This document shows, one piece after another, positions 1 through 11,130 of a stretch of 64,000 nucleotides of DNA. Origin of the DNA: Macrostomum hystrix (taxonomy: Eukaryota > Animalia > Platyhelminthes); contig CATNEN010000001.1 in NCBI GenBank assembly GCA_950097015.1, forward strand, positions 6,262,001 through 6,326,000, given 5' to 3'. Each line of letters begins with the position of its first letter. Position 1 is the first letter of the stretch. The notes beneath the pieces are model-generated. The model was given only the letters and a program-made list of their open reading frames with translations. It was not told the DNA's origin and did not search any database. The translations under genes and the position numbers were made by a program.

Positions 1-1762
1 GCTAATAAATTTGAAATCCGGCGAGTCCTTGATAATTGAGGACCATCTGAGCACTACTCTGATGAACGTTTCTGGTCTGCCTTCCGATTTCGATTGCCTG
101 ATTTGGTGTAGGAAGATGGACTGTGCTGGCGCCATGTTCAACAAGACCAACCGCTTCTGCCAGCTGTTGATCATCAACGATGAGTCATCTGGCAAACCGG
201 GTCCAGAGGGCACTCACGTGACCAGGCTTCTAACGTCTACTAATAACAAGTCGGTGTGGAAGCCGTTCCACTTTGAACAACAAAAGCTCGCCAAGGCGCT
301 AAGCATCGTTTTTCCAAATCCCGCAGGTACTGACTGACCTGGCCAATACAGCTTTTCTGTGCTGGAATTTCTTTAACGATCTTTTGTTCTTGATTCAATG
401 CAATTTAAATAAGACAATAGAATATACTGACCATACTATGCATTTCACAGGTAGCAAGGCTAGGCTAGGTGTTGTCCAGAACTTCACCATCAGAATGACC
501 GGATGCTATCGCATAGAGGCCCTCGGAGCAGCTGGAGGCAGAGTCCGTGTCACCACCGGCGCTTCGGTCAGAGCTGGCAGAGGTGCATCAGCTGCTGGCA
601 GCTTCAGACTCGCCTCTGGCACCCAACTCGACATTGTTGTGGGCCAGGCTGGCGAAAATTCCGCTTGCAATTTCGGAGCTGGCGGCGGTGGCGGCAGCTT
701 CGTATACATCAACCGCCCTGACGGCAGTCAGCAGCTGCTCCTAGCCGCCGGAGGAGGCGGAGGCGAGTCTTACGGTTTGAGCGGTGAGAATTTCAACAAA
801 ATTAAAATGACCCAAACCAGCTTGTATCATGATACTATATTTACGATAATAGAGCACGCTTCAAGGTCTTAAGCTCGATCCCGGGGCGAGGCCTCATTAA
901 TTTGAGACGGCGCAGCCGCAAGGGAAGGCTTGTGGGTTTTCGCACAATTGACCTCCAAGCTAGAAAAGTGAAAGTGTACACTTCCTGACGATGAGAAAGT
1001 CAGGGCAGATGTTCACACACCCTGTATGAGTGTGTGCCTGCGTACAGTATCTGTGTGCGTGTGTGCTCAGGAGTCAGCGGAATGGGTAGAATTGCCTCCT
1101 CGCTGGCTGCGGGTCTAGTGTCACAAAATTTGCCCAAAGCGCTCCTGCAATTAGTATTATTAATAATAGTTAATTAAACAAATAATAATCAGTATTATTA
1201 TAAGGCTCGTGCTGATTGTCACTCTGCAGCAATGACCTGACCTATGCTCATTTCTGCCGACTCAGGCGTTGACGGTGGCAACGGGACCTTAGGCACTGAC
1301 TCAACTTCTTCGAACAATGAGTACATCGGCTTGGGCGGTTCCAACGGACAGCCGGGACTTGTCTCGCCAAAGCGACACAAGACAATTCCGCAAAGATCTT
1401 GCGCCGGTCCCGGAGCTGGCTGGGACGGCTCGGCTGTCAAGTGCGAATACTCCGATCCCGGAGGTCCCGGGCTGAGCCGCAGCGACGGCTGGTTCGGCGG
1501 TGCCAGAAGCTCAGCCTGTCCCACTGGGGATGGCGGCTTCGGTGGAGGCGGCGCCGGTGGCGGCTGCTGCATTGGCGAACGACTTGGCGCCAGCGGCGGT
1601 GGCGGGGGCTTCAGCGGCGGCGGAGCGTCTTCAATTGCATTATCAGGAGGAGGTGGTGGCGGCTCATTCTGCAGCGGCTTTGGCTGCGCCACCGCCACCG
1701 GGGCAAACTGGGAGCTTCATGGCCGGGTTTTGCTGAGCAGGGCTGGAGCGGTTTGTAATTGA
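1..1762 (+). CDS. PAN/apple-like + ALK/LTK-type glycine-rich domain protein, copy 1 (5' end outside the window)
   Basis: Exons <1..326, 451..783, 1266..1762 have GT/AG boundaries and matching phase-1 junctions. Motifs: DCLIWCRKMDCAGAMFNKTNRFCQL (PAN-like); TGCYRIEALGAAGG...GRGASAAGSFRL..GTQLDIVVGQAG...GGGGGSFV...LLLAAGGGGG, matching the ALK/LTK extracellular Gly-rich domain pattern. The 333-nt middle exon is the same length as in paralogs. Confidence 0.8.
870..1165 (+). mobile_element. tRNA-derived SINE family A copy (5' truncated), in an intron of gene copy 1
   Basis: Same body as 6769-7132: CTGACGATGAGAAAGTCAGGGCAG hairpin, GCTCAGGAGTCAGC, GCCTCCTCGCTGGC and an (ATT)n-like tail. Confidence 0.75.
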
Positions 1763-3336
1763 GTTCGCTCAAACTAGGGCGTGTGTCCTGTTGACATCAT
1801 AAACTTCTAGGGCCCTTGGCTGCTGTTATAATCTGTGTACTTTTGTACGTGTGTTTGTATGGAGACAATTTGGGACAGTCTTGGAACACGCAAACTAATA
1901 TGTACGTGGCCGTGTACAAGTGCGCCTCCTTGCTTTACAATCCGATTGGACAGCGATATTTTTGTCGCGCAGGCTCGACCGCAACCCTCCCAGTCGGCCC
2001 CATTTATCTCTGCCTCAGCGTACATTGCTGCTAGCCCATCGACCTGTTTTATAATGTACATCACTTCGCCTTGGTTTTTGCTAAATCATCTTGGGTCTGC
2101 TTGGGTTTCACACTCATTCTCTCAACGACTAAAGACCTAGCTGTGGTCGCAGCTTTCTCCTTCGCTGTAGGCTCTCAACAGATATGTAGCTATTGGAGCG
2201 TAGCACGTTAATTTTATCTTCCTGCTGTTAGTTTCTCATTGTCTGGACACTTAATCGAACTTTTAGCTATTTTACTTAGCTTAATTAGAATAAATATATT
2301 GAGTGTTTTTTTATATTTCGGAATTAAAACAAATAAAAATAAACACTACGAGCTATAATCTGTTCCCATTGTTATGGGAACTCGACAAAGTCTGTTTCCT
2401 AACACACTGAATGATCGCACTGAACAACTTACGACCCTGTGATTTGGAAGGTGCTGTTTTTGAATTTTCGTTGAAATTTAGGACAAATGTTGTTTCTATC
2501 TCTGAAAAGTACTAGAAACGTAGAAACTCATTCAGCATGGTCTCCGAAACGTCGCCACTTCAGGGACACTTCAGTTTTGTCTTTCTAGAAACACCATATT
2601 GGAACATCTGTTTTCGAGAAGTCTTGGGTAGCGAATCGATTTCAATGCGATCGAGATCGACAACCGACAGTTGCGCGTCATCAGATAGATCCGGTAATCT
2701 AAAGCACCGACTGGTCTTCACGGGCAGGATCTTCTAAGAAATCGACAATTATTATTCATCCATGAGTTGACCTTGAAAAATGGTATTGTACCGTTGGCCG
2801 ATGACAATCAAGCCCGGCTATTTTGGGTATCAATGTCTGTCACCTGAGGCGCTACGCCCTTAATAGTCGGTCTTTATATATTTACCTTGACAACTCGTTT
2901 TAGCTTAGATCTAATGATGCAGCTTTCAATCCATGATCAGTTTTAAGCTACAGGCGCAGATTTTTTGCATTTGCAGCGTGTCCGGATTCAAATAAAACAC
3001 GCTCGTATAATGGAGATTCCCTGCCTCATCAAAGTTAGTGTTTTCGGCATTGTCATGGAACATCAATCACTCACCGAGGAATTAAAAGCAATCGTAAAAC
3101 AGTGGATGTTTGACTAAGTAAGAGCAAACAATAAAGAATTGCATTTTGTGTGCCAACAATTACTGTGCTAACAAAGCAAAGTCGTGCAGAAAGCCAAAAA
3201 TATATCTGTAAATGTAAATGTAAATGTAATCCTCAACCCTGAAATACCAATGCCATAAGCACAAAGATGTGAGGATCTGTGCTCGTATAATAGTAATAAT
3301 ACCGGATAATACATTTTATAACTACAAGTATATTCG

Positions 3337-3592
3337 GCCAGATGTGCAGCCGACAGCACAGCCGCAGCTATTGCGCGGCGCATCTGAAGGCTGCGTACGG
3401 CTGTTCAGTCCATGGACTGGGAGGGCGCGCAGTCCTCAATACCCTAGCTAATGCTGGCCCCCATTTCACACTTGAGTGAAATTTATCAATGAAGAGTTGA
3501 GTGTCCTGCTAATGGACACTTATTGTTTCAGTTGAGTCGATCGGGAATCGAACCGTCGACGTGATTCCGACACTCTGAACCATTAGACTAAA
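3337..3592 (-). mobile_element. tRNA-derived SINE family B copy (CORE/V-like central domain)
   Basis: Close match to 4460-4729 (CAGATGTGCAGCCGACAGCACAGCCGCAGC); B-box GGTTCGATTCC on the minus strand. Confidence 0.7.
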
Positions 3593-4459
3593 AATAGATG
3601 CTTTCGGTAAGAAAATGTATTTTACAATAAAGGACACATTTTTAAACCAAGTAAATATTTCTTTTTCAGTTACATACATTTGCATGTAGGAAAACTAGTA
3701 TTTGCCCGTGTACAAATATTACTGCTTTATTTACGAGTATAATCAGTAGTATCAAGAAGAATTACAGCATTACCATTCGAGGTGCCTGCTCAACAGGAAA
3801 ATATACTAAATACTAGTAAAATAATACAGTACCTAGATGAAAAAAACAAGCAAGTAAAACAGAAAGTATGCTTAAGCCGAAAAATTATTATTTTAAATTT
3901 ATAGGTTGCATGTTAGTCTTGACTTGTTATACTTGTGTCACATTCCGATTTAAAAAAGATAGAGATTTTGATAGACTCAAAATAGGTAAAATGTTATTAG
4001 CTCGTATAAAAAATATATCGCACTTAACCAATTTGCACCTGGCCTTTGAACGTTTTTCAGTCCATGGACACATCGACCCATTTACTCAAGCTAAAGCTGA
4101 ATAAACTAAATCAATTGGAGCATACGCTTTGTTAAGTGTTGATTAAATTCTACAATTTTATTTCTGTCGAGGTCTAGACGCCACAGAAGCTGTCAAAAGG
4201 ACTTGAAACTAGATGTCAATCATGAAAAAGTTACAAAAAAATCTAGTGATTATGATGAGTAGTTTCAAAATATTTATTCTTCTATTAGATTATCAGCAGC
4301 CGCATCATGACACACTGATAAATATAATGACTCAGTAAGATATTACCAGATACAGCAAGTGCAATTCTAGAAAATTGAATTTATAAGGTCGAAAAGGTTT
4401 TTAATTCTCTAATAATAATAAATAGTTAATGACATTTGATTACACCTACCCCAATTGAG

Positions 4460-4729
4460 GCAGATGTGCAGCCGACAGCACAGCCGCAGCTATTGCGCGG
4501 CGCATCTGAAGGCTGCGTACAGCTCTTCAGTCCGTGGACTGGGTGACGCCACACCCATCCTCAGTTACTCCAGCTAATGCTGGTGCCCATTTTACAGCTG
4601 GGTGAAATGTGACAATTCAGAGTTAGGTGTCTTGCTGTAGGACACAAATAGTTCCAGTGCAGTCAGGAATCGAACCCCCGACCTTCAAGTCGTGGATCCG
4701 ACGCCCTAACCTCAAGGCTACAACCTCCC
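4460..4729 (-). mobile_element. tRNA-derived SINE family B, near full length
   Basis: Minus strand shows A-box-like TAGCCTTGAGGTT, B-box GGTTCGATTCC, then GTGTCCTACAGCAAGACACCTAAC...CACCCAGCTGTAAAATGGG, which resembles the CORE/V-SINE central domain. Other copies at ~3340, ~26500 and ~43300. Confidence 0.75.
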
Positions 4730-4867
4730 ACTTCTTTAAGTATAACTAATAATTATTATAATGTAAAAATTATTATAAACAAGTGTCTGTCGATTTTTCA
4801 CGATAAACTGTTCCGTCTTTGTCAATGTTCGGCACTATCAATCCAAAGTACAGGTCATGATGCGGTC

Positions 4868-5377
4868 TCACAGGCAAGCATCAGCCATCCAGTACAGCTG
4901 CACGCGGCCCTGCAGCTCCGAGTTGGCGCCGGTGGCTGTGGCACAGCTGAGGCCGCCGCAGAATGAGCCGCCGCCGCCTCCAGCTTAGTAAAACAGGGAG
5001 GCGGCGCCACCGCCGCTGAATCCGCCGCCGCCACCGCTTGGGCCGAAACGATAGTTGAAGCACTAGCCGCCACCGGCACCACCGCCGCCAAAACCGCCGG
5101 CGCCATCAGCCTGAGACGGGCAGGAGGCGCTGCGGACGCCACCGAGCCAGCCGTCGATGCGGCTCAGGCCGGGACCTCCAGCATCAGAGTAGATAGATGC
5201 ACGGGACAGCCGAGCTGTTCCAACCGGCGCGTGGGCCGCCGCAGGAGCTGCCAGGAGGAACTGGAACCTTGTTGGGCGACACCAGACTTGGGAGGCCTTC
5301 CACGCTGCCACTGCCGATGTAAATGTCACCCTTGATGTTTGAACTCGTACCGTTGGTCCAGCGACTGCCGTCCAAGC
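4868..5377 (-). pseudogene. Gly-rich family copy 2: last exon only, disrupted
   Basis: Acceptor CATAG|G at 5377. Reads GLDGS...SCGGPRAGWN, then a frameshift, then GGPGLSRIDGWLGG...GGGGAGGG* (TAG), a second in-frame stop, then SFCGGLSCATATGANSELQGRVQL. No upstream exons are recognisable between 5.4 and 8.6 kb. Confidence 0.75.
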
Positions 5378-5794
5378 CTATGACGTTTAAATATACTAGG
5401 TTTCTTGAATACTTTAATAGCGCATACAAAGCCTTGTTTTCAACACGTAAGAAATAATTAGGCCGAAACATGATTATAACTGCAACACCGTCGGGAAAGA
5501 TTTTTTGAAGATACCCAAAGCGTTGATAGACAAACGCCCTAGAGGCATGCAGAAGTACCTATATGGAATTATTCCTGGCAGCCATTTTCTGCACCTGACC
5601 GGAGCAGGGCAGTCAAACGAGAGTCGATAAGCGCTTTTAAGCATAAATGAATTGCATAACTGCTTTCTGCGAGCGTTTCTGGAAAACAATTGCTCGTACG
5701 TGTGAAGGATTACTCGAGTCGAAGGACGGGATACACTAATTAGGTCAAGTCTTTTTTAGGCATGTTTTCGTGAAAAAATACACCGACGAGATGA

Positions 5795-6100
5795 TAATAA
5801 TAATTGCAGGAGGGCTGCAGGCAAAGGCAAATCATTAGGCGACACTTGACCTGTGGCCAATGAGGAGGCAATACTGCCCATTTCCGCTGACTCCTGAGCA
5901 CACGCGTACACAGATACCAGACGAAGGCGCACGCTCACACAGGTGTGTACATCTGCCCTGACTTTCTCATCGTCAGGCAGTGTAGACTCTCCCTACTCCC
6001 TACTGTGGCTTGGAGGTTGGCCCTCAGGGGGCGTAAATTGCACGAAATGTCCCCAAGCCTTCTCTCCGCGACTGCGCCCCAAATATCCATGGCCTCGCCG
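5795..6100 (-). mobile_element. SINE family A copy
   Basis: Reverse complement of the 6769-7132 body, including the tail (AATAATAATTGCAGGAGGGCTGC) and the CTGCCCTGACTTTCTCATCGTCAGGCAG hairpin. Confidence 0.75.
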
Positions 6101-6768
6101 CAGAACCGCTTCATTATCTAGGCATGCAAGAAAACTCGGCTACCTTTTCTCTTTTAACGAAAAACCGAAAGTTTTCCAGGAAACAGGACTGCCACGGCAT
6201 ACTTTAGTGAAGCTACATTAGTCCTTAGTACATGTCTCTAAAAAGATACTCACCAATTATGCAACCAAGCAGCAGTGCTAGAATTGCTTTGAGATGCATC
6301 GCAAAAGTTTGAGTCTGTTTAAAGAGGCAATAGTGAGGCGGTCTGTTGCAAAGTAAAGTTCACGACAGAGCGACAAATTTTCTGCAGTTTATAGAAGTCG
6401 TGAAGCTACTGCACTGACCACTCGCAAAAGAAGCTGTCGTCACAACATATGCGGTAATAGCCAAACTGTGAAGAGTAGAAAGCCTAACTTCTGGCTTCTA
6501 CTTCTGGACAAAAAGCTCTTGCTGTCTCACCAAACCCGCATGACAATCAGACTGCGGCTTAATCCTTTATTCTCACAATTTTTTTAGAGAAATTTTTGAG
6601 AGAGATATTTTTCAATCCAGGCTAGCAGACATAAAAATATATTTCTATTAATTATTCAGTGTCTCTTGATTTTCAGTATTTTCTTGTAAAAATCTCTTAG
6701 TTGAATTGTTAACTTCGTTCTACCCGCATACGAGCTACTAAATGTTTCCAAACGTCAATCAATCAATC

Positions 6769-7132
6769 GGGGTCGGTTGCAGAGCGGTTATCGCGTTTGC
6801 CTCTCGCACCACGGTCCCTAAGTTCGATTCCACGGCGAGGCCACATTTATTTGGGGCGCAGCCGCGGAGAGAAGGCTTGAGGACTTGTCGTTCAATTTAC
6901 GCCCTTGAGGGCCAACCTCCAAGGCACAGTGAAATGTACACTGCCTGACTATGAGAAAGTCAGGGCAGATGTACACACCTGTGTGAACGCATGCCTGCGT
7001 ACAGTATCTGTGTGCGTGTGTGCTCAGGAGTCAGCGAAATGGGCAGAATTGCCTCCTCGCTGGCTGAGGGTCTAGTGTCACTAAATGATGTGCCATTGCC
7101 CGCAGCCCTCATGCAATTATTATTTTTATTAT
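6769..7132 (+). mobile_element. tRNA-derived SINE family A, full length with target-site duplication
   Basis: tRNA-like head GGGGTCGGTTGCAGAGCGGTTATCGCG...GTTCGATTCC (A/B boxes), structured body and (ATT)n tail. Flanked by TCAATCAATCAATC / TCAATGAATCAATC (14-bp TSD, 1 mismatch). Confidence 0.85.
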
Positions 7133-8249
7133 TCAATGAATCAATCAAAATCGTCTGTAATTTATCGAATAGCTACGGAGTTTTCCTTTATTTACCAGCG
7201 GAAGTCTAAATAGCGAACCAATTTATACCTTGGCTAGTAGTATTGTATGGGTCATAAGCGAAAAAATGCAACTAGTGTTGAAGAAAAATAGTGTCATTTT
7301 TACAGCAGTGTTTCGTAGACGCGACTTAAACATTTCGAATCACTGATTTAAGAGTTTCATGCCACACTCCACACTGCTATATGCGATATTTACAAGTTTT
7401 ATCACAAATCTTACTTTTAAATTGTTTTGTTTAGCCGTTAAATTTTTAATTCTATTCTAATATGTTGATTCTTATTATTTGTAGATCTGCAATGTATTTT
7501 TTCAAGCTTATTAGGCTTATTAGCAATTTTGTAACCTGTCAAATCACTTTTGTGAAATAGCTTTGTTTGGTTTCCATATATTCGAGCTCATGAAAATCTT
7601 CAGACAGGAATTAAGATGATTCGTACCATGCGAGCTACATGTAGTAGAATGATATGTATTTAAGCTTAATGTGACAGCTAAAACGCCCTGGAAGCATCAA
7701 GTAGTAAAAGAAAGAAATATTTTGAAGAAAACTGTATGAGTGACGAGAGGTTCTTCAAAGGCCTCACATTGTATCCCATATATATTATTAAAGAAAATGT
7801 AATCGTCTGCAGTATTTTTCCTCTAGCAGTTGGTAGGGTTTTGCAATCGCTTATTGTATCAATAAAAGTTTATAACATCTTATCTTACATATTGACGAAC
7901 GGGCTTGTCAAGGTCAGAAGGTAGGTAAATAGTTTGCCAGAATGCCAGAAATCATGAAATGTCAATCCATGAGTAAAAACGCATTTGTCAGCGGTTATTC
8001 TGGGTCTCAGTCAAGTATACAATCGAAAGCGTGAAAATTAGAGTGAGTATAGCGTGATATATCAAGGAATAAGGATGAATTGTCGCGATCATAGCATGGG
8101 ATGTGACATGCCATGAGACATAAATAGGATAGTATTCGAGGTAAACAAGCTAGCGTGGGAAATCAAGAGCATAACATGAAGAGTAATACCAATGCGTTGC
8201 ACAAAACATGAACTGAATCAATTATTTATTTTGTAGCCACTGGAACAAC

Positions 8250-8520
8250 ATTTGGTGACGGTAGACACGCAGCCAGCGAGGATGTGATTCTGCCCATTTC
8301 GCTGTCTCCTGAGCACACGCTCACACAGGTGTGTACGTCTGCCCTGAATTTCTCATTGTCACCCGTGATTACCCGCAGTGTGCACTCTCACTACTGTAGC
8401 TTGGAGGTTGGCCCCTTAACGGCGAAAATTGTACGAAAAGCCCCCAAGCCTTCTCTCCGCAACTGCGCCCCAAATTAATGTGGCCTCGACGCGGAAGAGA
8501 GCTCAGGGACCTTGATGCAT
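8250..8520 (-). mobile_element. SINE family A copy (degenerate)
   Basis: CGCAGCCAGCGAGG...CTGCCCATTT...CTCCTGAGCAC...CTTGGAGGTTGGCC...CCCCAAGCCTTCTCTCCGC is the reverse complement of family A. Confidence 0.7.
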
Positions 8521-8664
8521 TGAAATCATTTTGAACGTAATTCTTTTAGAGCTTCAAAGGCAACAGTTATTTGAAGTTACAAGCGCAGACTGCAAAAAGT
8601 AGTATTCGTTCGTAAAATGTTACTGTTTCTCAACAGTTCGTTAGCAATATTAACAGTCGCCTCA

Positions 8665-10938
8665 CTAACAAGCGTTCGCCATCCAGCTCAGTAGAACCCG
8701 GCCCTGAAGCTCCGAGTTGCCGCCGGACACGATGGTGCAGCGGTAGCCGGAACAGAATGAGCCGCCGCCGCCTCCGCCGAAATAGGGATGAGAAGAGGCG
8801 CCACCCCCGCTGTAGCCGCCTCCTCCTCCCCCGGCTCCAATGCGACTGGCGGAGCAGCAGCCGCCGCCGCCACCGCCACCTCCGAATCCGCCGTCGCCGG
8901 TGAAGCAGGAGGAGCTGCGGGCTCCGCCGAGCCAGCCGTCGATGCGGCTCAGTCCGGCGCCTCCGAAATGAGCATAGCCGCACGGGGCAGCCGAGCCATT
9001 CCAGCCAGCTCCGGGGCCGCCGCATGAGTAGTAAAACGAAGCTTCGTATCGATTGGTGGATACCTGACCCGGTGAGCCGTTGCTTCCACCCTTGCCAACG
9101 TAAACACTCCACGACGGGTTGGAGCTTGTTCCGCTTTGGTCCCTACTTCCGTCGGTGCCTGCAAAATGTATTGTAATCTGCTGTAACATTGTCTAAACCA
9201 GTAGTGGAAGACTTGCGTCTGCATTTTCGGGATTGTAGTGCCAGTGTTTCTGAGGTTGTTGGGCAGTGTCAGCTGCCCGCGAAGGCCGTTGTTTCAGGCC
9301 GGTTTGTTTGTCTCGCCCTCTCACCCTCCTCCCCGTCGCTGCTCCGTGTGCCCTGATTGGCTGGACGCGGGCGTTGTCTGTTAACCCTACCCCAGCCCTG
9401 CCTGGCTTTGCACCTACCGCCAATCAGGTATAGCTATAGCTTTGCCCGTCAACCCGGCCAGCGCACAAAACCCTACCCCTCCATGCGCGCTGCAGGCTTG
9501 ACTTTGGTGGTTTGTGCTCCGCTTCTACTGTCTGCCGCAACTCCTCCGGGTAGCTGCCCTTCTTTTCTTATTGTCTGTCCCGTGCCGGAGCGCCTCTCGC
9601 ATTCGCTCCTGTGTTTCGATCGCGCTTCGCTTTTACAATTGAGCCGTAATGTCGGTCTTTTACTGTGAAGACTCAATTTATTGCAAAAGATCAAATACGC
9701 CGAAATCGTCAGAGTATCTACCTGTGTAATCAAGCGTTTCGACAGGTAAGCGCTGCATTCGTGTCACTTCTTTCGGAGTGCCACGTCCGTACTGTACGAT
9801 CTTACTTAAGAGTACTGCGTGAGCGTCCTAACGCCTTGTTCAGTGATTACCCGCAGTTCACTTAATACGTATAGTACTGTTGGCCGTGCAGGACCCCAAA
9901 CCACAGTCCCTACAGGATGAGCTAACAAAACTGTACACTAAAAAGCAGATTAACAGCCCAGAAAACCTCCTGCTGTCTGTCAACCATTTTTTCACTATGC
10001 TTAGTGTCTAAAAAAGTTTCTCAGATGCTGCTCACCTGAATATATGTAGCTGCTGCCGCCACCTCCGCCAGCAGCCAGAAGCAGCTGGGGACTCGTGGAG
10101 TCGCTCATGTTGTACACGAAGCTGCCACCGCCTCCGCCAGCTCCGAAACTGCAGGCCGAGTTGCCACCGGCCTGGCCGGCAACGATTTGCAGTCGGGTGC
10201 CGTTAGTGAGGCTGAAGCTACCATTAACGAAAGCGCCCCTGCCGCCTGGATACAAATGCGCATAGTAAGCGGTGGAGCCACCAGCGGCTCCGTATGCCTC
10301 GATGCGGTAGCAGCCCGTAACGTTGATAGTGAGGTTCTTGACAGCGCCGAATCTGCCCGTGCTATTTTCTACGCGAGGAACAACGAAATTAAAATAAATT
10401 AAATAAATGTTAAAAGCTTGAATATTTCAACGGTCTTTATAGAAAGTTTGGCAAGGCTTGAAACTGGCTCGGCTCACGTCCAATCACTAGGCTCAAATTT
10501 ATGGCATTGGCAAATCCATCGAGCTCAGGGTCATCCACCTTCCACAGCTTCGTGGATTCGTCAGTTGTGAGTGTTATCTGGCTTGTCGCTTGAGCAGTGC
10601 TCGATCCTGGCTCCGTGACAACCAGACTGCAAACTCGGCTAGACTTGTTGAATTGGGCAACCGTGCAACCCCTCTGCCGGCACCCAATTAGGCAGTCGAG
10701 CTCTGTTGGAAGGCCGCTCACGTTGAGCAAGCTGCTGCCCGCTGAACCATCAAACACGAACTGAGCAAGGAGCTTTAACTTGTTACACAGGCCACTGCTC
10801 ACAGCGTCCATCACTGAAATAGAATGGGTTTGTGGGTTAATACCCAAGCCTTTGGGATGTGTGCAAACTGTGTGAGCAGCTCATGCACTAACCGATTGAG
10901 TGAACTAGCAATAGAACAACCAGCGCTTTGAGTCGCAT
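8665..10938 (-). CDS. Secreted PAN/apple-like + ALK/LTK-type glycine-rich domain protein, copy 3 (~402 aa)
   Basis: Four exons: 10938..10893 (MRLKALVVLLLVHSI, signal-peptide-like), 10813..10478, 10368..10036, 9158..8665. All GT-AG, all phase 1, total 1209 nt open. No TM segment or kinase domain. Confidence 0.85.
9234..9914. mobile_element. Solo LTR (681 bp) in intron 3 of copy 3
   Basis: Starts TGTAG, ends CTACA; 4-bp TSD GGAT on both sides. Confidence 0.8.
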
Positions 10939-11130
10939 CGCCAATATTTCTGTTGTTTATTCGGGATGATTGCAGTGTCTGAGAAGGCTGTCAGTAGAGA
11001 ACAAGCTGGGTACGACACTTACCTTTATACCATTTGCACGGTCGATTCTCTGCAACCAATAGCAGATGCGGCAGCCTCAGTGGGATTGGGCAGTGGCGTC
11101 GCCAGATTTTTGTCTAGGGCCGCGCTTTTT

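Noticed and set aside
980-1010. Hammerhead ribozyme in SINE A (CTGACGA...GAAA)
   Set aside because: Only 3 nt separate CUGANGA and GAAA, so stem II cannot form; the motif is better explained as a simple hairpin.
4660-6840. tRNA genes at the GTTCGATTCC motifs
   Set aside because: No complete cloverleaf or acceptor stem; each continues into a repeated SINE body.
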